A DNA stretch of 32,000 nucleotides from Nitrososphaera viennensis EN76. GTDB lineage: Archaea > Thermoproteota > Nitrososphaeria > Nitrososphaerales > Nitrososphaeraceae. Of the stretch, positions 22,891 to 30,572 are shown in pieces (position 1 is the stretch's first letter; each line of letters begins with the position of its first letter). The notes below the pieces were generated by a model. That model did no database searches and was not told the DNA's origin. It was given only the letters and a program-made list of their open reading frames with translations. The stretch covers positions 960,001 through 992,000 of the forward strand of contig NZ_CP007536.1 of NCBI RefSeq assembly GCF_000698785.1, read 5' to 3'. The position numbers were made by a program, and so were the translations under genes.

Positions 22891-24051
22891 TTACCTGTCA
22901 GCCTCCACGGGCCAGTAGTTCAGCGACCAGTATATCGACGGCATGTCAGCCAGCTTGTTGCCCACAAGCAGGAACGGGAGCGCAAGCATGTTGCGGAACG
23001 AGCCCACCGATATCTTTACCCTGTACGGCTTGGGCGTACCGTCGCTTACGATGTAATAGCCTAATGCGCCCCTTCCGGACTCGACGCGCCTGTAGGCCTC
23101 TCCTGGAGGACCCTTGGGGTTTGGCTGGAGTTTCGTGCGCACGTCGCCAGAAGACGGCATCTTGTCGAGAAGCTGCCTCATGATGTGGCACGACTCTTTC
23201 ATGTCGAGGAACGGCACGTACGAGCGCGCAAACGAGTCTCCCGTCTTCATGTACTGCACCTTGAAATCGATCTCGTTGTAAATGTCATAGGGCTCCACCT
23301 TGCGTATGTCGTAGGGGACGCCCGAAGCCCTGAGCACCGAGCCGGTTACGCCGAGCTTTATCGCGTCTTCCTTTGAAAGGACGCCGACGCCTTCGGTCCT
23401 CTGCCTGAAAAGGGGCATGTTGTAGAAAATGTCCTCGTATTCCTTCAGGCGCTTTTCAAAGTAGTTGATGTGCTCAAGGCACTTTGCCTTGAAGTTGTCA
23501 GGCATGTCGTTTCTGACGCCGCCGGGGATGTTGTAGGCGTGAGTCACGCGGGCCCCGGTCAGCCTCTCAAGCAGGTCGATGAAAAGTTCGCGGTCGCCTG
23601 CCGGCCACATGAACATGGTCGAGTGGCCTAGGAAAATGCCATAGATTGCAAGCCAGTACAGCGTATACACCTGCCTGTTCATCTCGGACGCAAGTGCGCG
23701 GATGAACTGGCCCCTGCGCGGGACTTCGATTCCCATCAGCTCCTCGACTGCAAGGCTGTACGAGTACGTGACGTTTGTGGAATCGTGGATCACCGGCCTT
23801 TCAAGGTGCGGGATGTTCTGGATGACGTTGCGGTACTCGCACATCTTTTCTTCCCCGCGGTGGACATAGCCCGGGTCGGGGTCGCAGTAGACGATATAGT
23901 CGCCGTCGACCTTGACCGTGAAGCGAAAGTGGCCGGAACCAGGGTGCTGCGGGCCGACTGAAAGCGTCATCAGCCTGTCCTCTTCGGTCTCCCTGACCAC
24001 CTGCAGTCCCAGCTTCCTCGTCTCCTCTATCTTTTCTTCAAGGCTTGCCAT
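22891..24051 (-). CDS. nuoD: Complex I subunit D
   Basis: 386 aa with LSVGPQHPGSGHFRF, ERLTGARVTHAY and a C-terminal ...DMPSIYWSLNYWPVEADR. Confidence 0.95.
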   Translation of the reverse strand: MASLEEKIEETRKLGLQVVRETEEDRLMTLSVGPQHPGSGHFRFTVKVDGDYIVYCDPDPGYVHRGEEKMCEYRNVIQNIPHLERPVIHDSTNVTYSYSLAVEELMGIEVPRRGQFIRALASEMNRQVYTLYWLAIYGIFLGHSTMFMWPAGDRELFIDLLERLTGARVTHAYNIPGGVRNDMPDNFKAKCLEHINYFEKRLKEYEDIFYNMPLFRQRTEGVGVLSKEDAIKLGVTGSVLRASGVPYDIRKVEPYDIYNEIDFKVQYMKTGDSFARSYVPFLDMKESCHIMRQLLDKMPSSGDVRTKLQPNPKGPPGEAYRRVESGRGALGYYIVSDGTPKPYRVKISVGSFRNMLALPFLLVGNKLADMPSIYWSLNYWPVEADR

Positions 24052-24060
24052 ATGTTATCA

Positions 24061-24732
24061 TCATCTTCCCTTTATCCTGAACTCCTTGCGCAGCGGCGGG
24101 ATGTCGGCCCAGTCTTCTGGCAGGAGGAACCTTTCGTTTCTCGGGTGGCCGTCAAAGTAGACGCCCAGCATCTCAAACGTCTCCCGCTCGTGGTATTCCA
24201 CGGACTTGAAGACGTTAATTAAGCTTGGGATGTGCGCGTCGTCGCGGTTAGTGCGCGTAGCGAGAACAAGGACGTGTGCAAGCAGGTCGTCGCGGGTGTA
24301 CGAGCCTAGGTGGTAGTTGACCTCTATCTGTCCGTCCTTTGGGTAGTCGGTGCCGGAAGCGCACTCGGCATGGTCAAAGCCCATGTTGTCGCGTATGTAC
24401 GACGCGACTTCGACAATGTTGCCGGGCTCGACCTGGACCTTGATGCGAAGCGGCTTTATGTAAAGAACCTTGACAGCGTCGCCAAAGCGCGTGACAAGCT
24501 GCTGCGCAATGCCCTTTTCAAACGCAGGGGGCTCGGGCTCCTTCTTGGCCGCCGGAGGCGCAGCAGCGGCTGGTGCGGGCTTTGCTGCCGCCGGCACTGG
24601 CGGAGCCGCGGGTTTTGGTGGCGCCGGCTTGGGCGCGGGTTTAGTACTAGAATTATCAGCAGGTTTTGTTGTTGTTGCTGCTGGCTTGGCTGTCGGAGCT
24701 GGCTTTTTCTGCTCTTCCTTGTCGCTGCTCAT
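24061..24732 (-). CDS. nuoC: Complex I subunit C with Pro/Ala/Lys-rich N-terminal extension (223 aa)
   Basis: ATG at 24732 lies 1 nt after the nuoB stop. The C-terminal core (EVNYHLGSY...FKSVEYHERETFEMLGVYFDGHPRNERFLLPEDW) is NuoC-like. The first ~75 aa are low complexity. Confidence 0.9.
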   Translation of the reverse strand: MSSDKEEQKKPAPTAKPAATTTKPADNSSTKPAPKPAPPKPAAPPVPAAAKPAPAAAAPPAAKKEPEPPAFEKGIAQQLVTRFGDAVKVLYIKPLRIKVQVEPGNIVEVASYIRDNMGFDHAECASGTDYPKDGQIEVNYHLGSYTRDDLLAHVLVLATRTNRDDAHIPSLINVFKSVEYHERETFEMLGVYFDGHPRNERFLLPEDWADIPPLRKEFRIKGR

Positions 24733-24733
24733 G

Positions 24734-25255
24734 TTACTTGATCTTTTGTCTCTTGATCTTTTCTTGGAGCAACATACAGCCCTGGATAAGGGTTTCAGGC
24801 CTTGGAGGGCATCCTGGCACATAAACGTCGACAGGGATAATGCCGTCGCATCCCGGGAGGACGTTGTACGAGTCGATGTATAGCCCGCCAGTGATTGCGC
24901 AGGCGCCCATCGCTATCACGTACTTGGGCTCTGGCATCTGGTCATAGACCATCCTCAGCCTCGGGGCCATCTTCCTTGTCACCGTGCCCTGCACCACGAT
25001 AAGGTCGCACATGCGCAGCGAGCCGAACGCCTCGATGATGCCAAACCTCTCGACATCGTATCTTGGGCTAGAGGCAGCTCCAAACTCTACACTGCAGCAC
25101 GCCGTTTCAAGGTGCACCGGCCACAGGGACCAGATCCTTCCCCAGTTGATTGCGTACCCAAGGGGTCTGTCAAGCGCCCTGACCAAGACGTCTGACAGCT
25201 TGGTCACCAGCACGTTAAAGTTGTTCGGTGTTGGGCTTACCAGTTCCTTGTTCAT
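24734..25255 (-). CDS. nuoB: Complex I subunit B (N2 [4Fe-4S] subunit)
   Basis: WPVHLETACCSVEF, MGACAITGG and PGCPPRPE motifs. A GGAGG-like purine run lies ~15 nt upstream of the ATG. Confidence 0.95.
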   Translation of the reverse strand: MNKELVSPTPNNFNVLVTKLSDVLVRALDRPLGYAINWGRIWSLWPVHLETACCSVEFGAASSPRYDVERFGIIEAFGSLRMCDLIVVQGTVTRKMAPRLRMVYDQMPEPKYVIAMGACAITGGLYIDSYNVLPGCDGIIPVDVYVPGCPPRPETLIQGCMLLQEKIKRQKIK

Positions 25256-25331
25256 TTACGCAATCTCTCCTCCTCTTCTGCCTGTACTTCGCCGTGACTG
25301 TATTTAAAACATGCTAGCATGATGATGATAT

Positions 25332-25715
25332 TTACCAGATTCCCTTCCTCCCTGCAAGATACAGAGCGTAGCCCATGGCGGCAAACATGATTCCAAGGAA
25401 AGCGATTATCGGGAGCGTGGCAGTCCTTGGGATGTTAAAGAGGGCCGTGCCCCACGCGTACAGAAAGATGGACATGACGTCAAAGACGACGAACATGAGG
25501 ATATAAGCATAATACTGCATCATGAAATGAGAGCGGCCTTCGCCCGTTGGCATCTGCCCGCACTCCATCGGCAGGAACTTGACAGGATTGTAGCGGCGCC
25601 TCGGAGACACCAGCCTTGACAGGATAAGGGCGGGCACCGAGGCTACAAGACCGAAGCCAAGCATGTAAAGAATTGGCGTAAAGTCTGCAGCGGTCTCCCC
25701 AGCCAAGTCACCCAT
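25332..25715 (-). CDS. nuoA: Complex I subunit A
   Basis: 127 aa with three TM helices, the PMECGQ motif and FVVFDVMSIFLYAW. It is the first gene of the operon. Confidence 0.9.
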   Translation of the reverse strand: MGDLAGETAADFTPILYMLGFGLVASVPALILSRLVSPRRRYNPVKFLPMECGQMPTGEGRSHFMMQYYAYILMFVVFDVMSIFLYAWGTALFNIPRTATLPIIAFLGIMFAAMGYALYLAGRKGIW

Positions 25716-26051
25716 GCTGGCCTAATGAAGGTATAAAATCATTTCGCTTCTGATAAGTTTTGAGTGAAAATTCAAAAAAATCAAAATGACAGAGCACATA
25801 GGGCGATCCTACAATGCCTTTGGTATCTTCCTAACCCTAGGAAGATTGTCTAACTATTAAGATTTGTGGGACGAGTGCTTAGGGGCCAGCATAGAGCTTC
25901 GTCGCCCACTGCTTTGCGTGTCTCAGTAACTTATGAGCCTTGTTCTTTCAATTGCAAGAATTTACATTCCCTATCAGAATTGACCTCCGGGACAAAGATT
26001 TGACAAGGGCATTGGAGAACATCTGTTGCTTCAATGAAGGACGCAAGTGCG

Positions 26052-26076
26052 TTGGCTCATAAAAAATCTGAGCCAA
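26052..26076 (-). terminator. Hairpin containing a T6 run, 13 nt downstream of the 26089..26721 gene
   Basis: TTGGCTCA-(9 nt)-TGAGCCAA. The minus-strand loop reads GATTTTTTA. Confidence 0.3.
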
Positions 26077-26088
26077 GCATAATGAACC

Positions 26089-26721
26089 TTATGGAATACT
26101 CTTTGCTATTTGGACTAATTCATCTGTTGACCTGTGAGCCGTAATGTAGTACTGAATCTTTTCATCTGCATTGAACAGCATTACTGCTGCTGGCATTTGG
26201 ATCGGTTCCTCGTGAATGACTTTTCCGTCAAGCATAATCCGATCCTTTCCCATGTGTGCAGGGATTACAACACCCTTGTGTCCATTGATATCAATAACTT
26301 GAGGTTGAACTTCTCCGTTCGTTGCATTAAAGACGCCTTTTGCATTATCATCTGCCATTTTCTGCTCGTCTGTCAAGTCAGGATTGTATCCCTCTTGAAT
26401 TACAAGTGTGCCGTTTGCGAGTTCGCTTGAAATTTCACCTGGCTTGCATATCTCACGGTCAGAATAATACAGGCTAACGACAAATGTCGCATCGTCTACT
26501 GCTTCCAACCTATATCCTGCTGGCAATGAGCTTTCAGCCGGCTTTCTTACCTCAAACTTGGCGTTTGCAAGTGAATCAGTGTCGGCTGGAAGACATCCTG
26601 CCGTGCTTGCACCCGATACTTGCGAATTGTTCATTCCTGCCATGCTGGCCGCAAAAAATAGAGATGCAGCAATGACCACAGCAGCTATCGGTATGACGTA
26701 TATTATTCTTCTATTCATCAT
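26089..26721 (-). CDS. Exported protein, DUF4367-like pattern (210 aa)
   Basis: The N-terminal anchor/signal is MMNRRIIYVIPIAAVVIAASLFFAASMAG. LPAGYRLEAV...VSLYYSD...INGHKGVV...YYITAHRSTDELVQIAKSI resembles DUF4367-type domains, recognised from memory and not searched. Confidence 0.65.
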   Translation of the reverse strand: MMNRRIIYVIPIAAVVIAASLFFAASMAGMNNSQVSGASTAGCLPADTDSLANAKFEVRKPAESSLPAGYRLEAVDDATFVVSLYYSDREICKPGEISSELANGTLVIQEGYNPDLTDEQKMADDNAKGVFNATNGEVQPQVIDINGHKGVVIPAHMGKDRIMLDGKVIHEEPIQMPAAVMLFNADEKIQYYITAHRSTDELVQIAKSIP

Positions 26722-26727
26722 TATTCA

Positions 26728-27513
26728 TTATTCACCCCATGCTTCGTATCCAGGATTCTGAACCATGCAATCGTTTGTGGTATAGATCCTAGGACCTGTA
26801 CCTACCTTATCATCCGTAGTACCTCCCGTGTAGCTTGCAATGTTGTCAAGGACGTATCCATGACCTGCATAACATTTGTAATTGTTTGTCGTTCCGCCGC
26901 TGAAATAGTCACCGTATACAACAAATCCTCCCGACCATTTTCCCACTTGTAGGAAATCAAACAAACCAGGCATATCGTTTGTCCCGCTAGAGAATGAGTG
27001 GGGAGGCTTTGTTCTGGCGGTTTCTCCAGCATTGTTAACTGGAGTAGTAGTATTGGGGAAACATCTTGTAAAGTTAGTTCCGCCGTATGTGCTCATTAAC
27101 CAACAGTTGCTTGCAGAATTAGTTTGCTGTTCTACTTTTGCGGTAAATGTTGAGCCAACAGGAATAGTAGAAACTAGGTTATGATTGACGCCGGAAGTGT
27201 CATACCAATACTGAAGAGTATAGATTGAAACGACTCCACCGGACTTTAGCGCAAACCAGCCTGCGCCTACGCTCTGAGTCGAAAAGAGATTCATGTATAC
27301 CATGTAATCCCTGTGATTGTCAAAACTTGCAGGATCAATAAAGGGAGATGCAACTACTGTCAGCTGTCCCAAAGTGCCAGCCATAGCGTAAGTTTTTGTA
27401 ATACCTTGATGAGCAGACCAATCTGAGGCATACGCATTCAAAGGGATTAATAGCCCTGCGGCAAGGAAAGCCACGCCGATGCCAGCCATTTTCGGAAAAA
27501 ATTGATATACCAT
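26728..27513 (-). CDS. Secreted hypothetical protein (261 aa), Gly/Thr/Tyr/Asn-rich, probably beta-rich
   Basis: The signal peptide is (MVYQFFPK)MAGIGVAFLAAGLLIPLNAYASDW. It ends 7 nt upstream of the next gene and lies in an AT-rich island. No family was recognised. Confidence 0.65.
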   Translation of the reverse strand: MVYQFFPKMAGIGVAFLAAGLLIPLNAYASDWSAHQGITKTYAMAGTLGQLTVVASPFIDPASFDNHRDYMVYMNLFSTQSVGAGWFALKSGGVVSIYTLQYWYDTSGVNHNLVSTIPVGSTFTAKVEQQTNSASNCWLMSTYGGTNFTRCFPNTTTPVNNAGETARTKPPHSFSSGTNDMPGLFDFLQVGKWSGGFVVYGDYFSGGTTNNYKCYAGHGYVLDNIASYTGGTTDDKVGTGPRIYTTNDCMVQNPGYEAWGE

Positions 27514-27546
27514 TGCCTAAATTGGACCTCGCTACTTCTATGAGAA

Positions 27547-27888
27547 TCAATGGTAATAAAAGTAATTGAAGAAGGTTCTATAAGAGATCTCCTCGTCTTT
27601 ATAAAAACCATTAACGGCATGACCTGTGATTAAAGAATTGACATCGTTAGTTGGAAAGTTCGTCTTGAGATTGATTCGCTGAGTATGGTCCCCTACCAGC
27701 AATTTTCGTTTTTTGATATGAGGTAATTGCCCCTTACTACCACCATAGGCATATGCAGCACCGTGGAGTTTTCCATAGGAACTTGTCGCTCTTGTGGTTT
27801 TGGACTCGGCGCCTTGCTCCCGACTAGCTTTGGCAACGGTTCTACCTTGTTAGGCCTTTGGTAGAAAACCTAACATAATATCATGCAT
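27547..27888 (-). pseudogene. Open frame of 114 codons interrupted by an in-frame TAA at codon 13 (27852..27850)
   Basis: ATG at 27888 gives MHDIMLGFLPKA-TAA-QGRTVAKASREQGAESKTTRATSSYGKLHGAAYAYGGSKGQLPHIKKRKLLVGDHTQRINLKTNFPTNDVNSLITGHAVNGFYKDEEISYRTFFNYFYYH*. A 100-codon stop-free run in AT-rich DNA is unlikely by chance. It is missing from the ORF track because no start follows the TAA within the length cutoff. Confidence 0.45.
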
Positions 27889-27985
27889 AAATAAATCTAA
27901 AAGCAGCCGTAACGAGCGAAAAGGAGCAATGCACAGAAAAACCTAACGAAGACATTTACCTAAGGTATAAAAACTTAACGAGAAT

Positions 27986-28009
27986 TGTGTGCGTGCGTGT
28001 ACGTGTGCG
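27986..28009. repeat. 24-nt perfect alternating pyrimidine-purine (TG/CG/TA) tract
   Basis: TGTGTGCGTGCGTGTACGTGTGCG lies 14 nt downstream of the stop of the 28023..29234 gene. Confidence 0.9.
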
Positions 28010-28022
28010 ACGATCGTTTCGT

Positions 28023-29234
28023 TCAGCCTTTCAGGACCATGTTGAACAGCTGGCGCGCTGCCAACTTGGGATGGTGCAACGCAAGTTTCATCATCTTGCC
28101 GGCGGAAAATTCAGCCTTGACAAAGTCGATGAACTCGTCTGCGGACATGTCTCGCAGGATCTCGATCTCCCGGTCCCATTCTTCGTCCGACAGCCCTATC
28201 CAGCGAGACTGCACCTTGAGCGCTGAAGCGATTTTTGACGCCACCTTGGACTTCCACGCCTTTTCATAGTCCAGAAGCGACTCGCGAGTCGCGCCTTTCT
28301 CAAGCGACCGCGCGCCTACCTCGCCGGCGAGCCTGCCAAACTCGATAGCGTAGCGTATGCCCTCAAGCACGAGCGGGTTTGCCTGCCCTGCCGAGTCGCC
28401 CACCATGAGCAGGCCGTCGGCGACCGTGCTTGCGCGCGTGCCCTCGTTAGGGATGAACCCATAGTGCAGTTCTACTGGCTGTATCTTGCCCAGCTTGTCA
28501 AGCGGCTTCAACCTCTTTTCCAGAATAGCATGCAGCTTGTCAAGCGGGTCGGCCTGCGACTCGGGCCTGCCGATTCCAACTCCAATCCTCACCCTGTTTC
28601 TAGAGAGCGGGAACACCCAGGCATAGCCGGCCTCAGAGTACTGCTGTCCGACCATCAGCGTCCACAGCGCGCTGTCCGCGTGGTCGCAGTAGCACTCGTA
28701 TTCCGCGCCCACCCCGTAGCGCTTCCACTCGCCGGCCATGCCGGCCCTGCGCGCGGCCGAGGTGCCAAAGCCGCTTGCGTCTATCACAAGCGGGCAGGAA
28801 ACCTCAAGGTCGCCCGCCGGCGTGCTTGCCTTGACTCCTGCGACGACCCTTCCGTTCTCTTTCTCTTTTTTTACGACATTGATGACGTTGCTCCTGACCA
28901 TCATCTTGGCGCCGGCCTCTGCCGCCATGAAGGCGAGGTGCTGGTACGTCGCCCTCACGTCGAGGACGCAAGACCGGGGGTTGCTGCCGGCGATCGTCAC
29001 TTCGTTTGAAGGCGAGACAAACTGGTAACTTGAGATCGGGTTGTACAGGTTGCTTGGGATGCCAAGCGCGTCCATCGAGTCTATCCAGCTGACGCCGGAC
29101 GTCCTCACGCTGTGCGCGATTGCTTCGTCCTTCTCAAAGAGGATCACGCTTGCGCCTGCCTTTGCAGCTGCCCATGCCGCGGAAAGCCCCGCGGGCCCTC
29201 CTCCCACCACGGCAATTTCATATCTTTCCACCAT
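28023..29234 (-). CDS. FAD-dependent geranylgeranyl reductase family oxidoreductase (403 aa)
   Basis: MVERYEIAVVGGGPAGLSAAWAAAKAGASVILFEK is a dinucleotide fold. LLMVGDSAGQANPLVLEGIRYAIEFG is the GGR-family motif. The ATG at 29234 lies 4 nt after the upstream stop. Confidence 0.85.
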   Translation of the reverse strand: MVERYEIAVVGGGPAGLSAAWAAAKAGASVILFEKDEAIAHSVRTSGVSWIDSMDALGIPSNLYNPISSYQFVSPSNEVTIAGSNPRSCVLDVRATYQHLAFMAAEAGAKMMVRSNVINVVKKEKENGRVVAGVKASTPAGDLEVSCPLVIDASGFGTSAARRAGMAGEWKRYGVGAEYECYCDHADSALWTLMVGQQYSEAGYAWVFPLSRNRVRIGVGIGRPESQADPLDKLHAILEKRLKPLDKLGKIQPVELHYGFIPNEGTRASTVADGLLMVGDSAGQANPLVLEGIRYAIEFGRLAGEVGARSLEKGATRESLLDYEKAWKSKVASKIASALKVQSRWIGLSDEEWDREIEILRDMSADEFIDFVKAEFSAGKMMKLALHHPKLAARQLFNMVLKG

Positions 29235-29238
29235 TGTC

Positions 29239-30570
29239 TCACCCTGCCGTGAAAGAGACCTTTCCAAAGCGCATGTACGGGAGTATCGAGGCGCCTATAA
29301 CCTTGCGCTCCTTTGATAGCCCAGTCAGGTTCTTTATGCAGTCAAAGACGTTTCCGGCGACCATCACCTCCTTGACAGGGTGCACGAGCTTGCCGTCTCT
29401 CACGAGCCAGCCTCCCTTTACCACGCCGGAAAAGTCGCCGTTTACGGGGTTGACGTTTCCAGAAAACCTGCTTATCATGACGCCCTGCTTCATCTCTGAC
29501 ACCAGGCCGTCAAGGGACGACCTGCCGGGCTGGACCACAAAGTTCGTGGTCGCAACCGACGGGGGCGAGCTTGTCGAGCCCGAGGCGTTTCCCGTGCTCT
29601 TGGCGCCGGCTTTTTTTGCAGTGTAGGTGTTGTAAAGGAATTTCTTGAGCACGCCGTTTTCGATGACGACGTTTTTCCTGTGCGGGACGCCCTCGCGGTC
29701 AAAGCTGGCAGCGGCAAGGCCGTCTGCGTTTGTCGCGTCGTCCTCCACTGCAAGCAGGTTAGACGCCACGCGCTTGCCAAGCTTGCCTGCAAACATGCTC
29801 GACTTTTTCTGGACAGCGTCAGAGTTTACGGCGTGCGCCACGACTTCTTCCACCATCTCCATTGCGGCTGCAGGCGTGAGGAGCATCTCGCCCTTGAAAC
29901 TGTCGATCAGCTTTTTTGCGCCAAGCGAGCCGGCGGCTGTTCGCGCAAACTCGCTTGCTGCGGCGTGGACTTCGATGTCCCTTACGCGGTGCGTGCCACC
30001 TGACTGGACGTCAAAGCTCGACACGTCGTTGCCGTCTATTGCCATGCCCATTATCGACCACGAAAACACGCTCAGCTTCTCCGACAGCGAGACGCCGTTA
30101 GTGTTGGCAAGCCAGTGCGTCATCACGGTCGCGGCAAAGTTGCCGCTGTCGACGCTTACCCTCCTGTCGTGCGACTTGGCAGTCTTTAGCATCTCGGCGG
30201 CAAGCCTTGCGGCGTCCTTGGCTTCAAACGACTCGGCGTTTTTGTCGTAAATCCCGCCGACGCGGCTTACCTTTGACTTTGCTGGAAGGGAGTTGAGCTT
30301 GTCACGTGGGCTCACGCGCGCTATCTTGACTGCCGAGTACACCGCGCCCCTGACTTTTTCCGGGTCGAGGCTGTTGACCGCGTAGAACCCCAGCGCGCCA
30401 TTTAGAAAGACGCGGATTCCAACCGCGCTGGCCTTTTGCGTCTTGGCCTGCTTCAGGTCGTTGTTCTCGATGAACACTTCTGACTCTTTGGTGACGGCGG
30501 CATAGATCTCGGCGTCGCTTGCGCCGTGGGCCTCTGCCTCCCGGAGGGCGAGGCGAAGCAGGCTCTCCAT
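29239..30570 (-). CDS. pmbA: PmbA/TldE family protein (partner of the TldD metalloprotease; 443 aa)
   Basis: MESLLRLALREAEAHGASDAEIY..., ...GIRVFLNGALGFYAVNS... and C-terminal SRFSGNVNPVNGDFSGVVKGGWLVRDGK fit the PmbA_TldD fold. There is no HExxxH. The ATG at 30570 lies 2 nt after the tldD stop. Confidence 0.85.
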   Translation of the reverse strand: MESLLRLALREAEAHGASDAEIYAAVTKESEVFIENNDLKQAKTQKASAVGIRVFLNGALGFYAVNSLDPEKVRGAVYSAVKIARVSPRDKLNSLPAKSKVSRVGGIYDKNAESFEAKDAARLAAEMLKTAKSHDRRVSVDSGNFAATVMTHWLANTNGVSLSEKLSVFSWSIMGMAIDGNDVSSFDVQSGGTHRVRDIEVHAAASEFARTAAGSLGAKKLIDSFKGEMLLTPAAAMEMVEEVVAHAVNSDAVQKKSSMFAGKLGKRVASNLLAVEDDATNADGLAAASFDREGVPHRKNVVIENGVLKKFLYNTYTAKKAGAKSTGNASGSTSSPPSVATTNFVVQPGRSSLDGLVSEMKQGVMISRFSGNVNPVNGDFSGVVKGGWLVRDGKLVHPVKEVMVAGNVFDCIKNLTGLSKERKVIGASILPYMRFGKVSFTAG

Positions 30571-30572
30571 CC

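Noticed and set aside
25732-25739. TTTTATAC TATA-like box upstream of nuoA
   Set aside because: It lies only ~17 nt from the nuoA ATG. That is too close for the usual ~25-nt TATA-to-TSS spacing unless transcription starts inside the ORF, so the real promoter cannot be assigned by eye.
25825-25846. Near-perfect palindrome ATCTTCCTA-ACCC-TAGGAAGAT ~110 nt upstream of nuoA
   Set aside because: Roughly one 9-bp-arm hairpin with a short loop is expected by chance in 32 kb. It could be an operator, but the sequence alone does not support a call.
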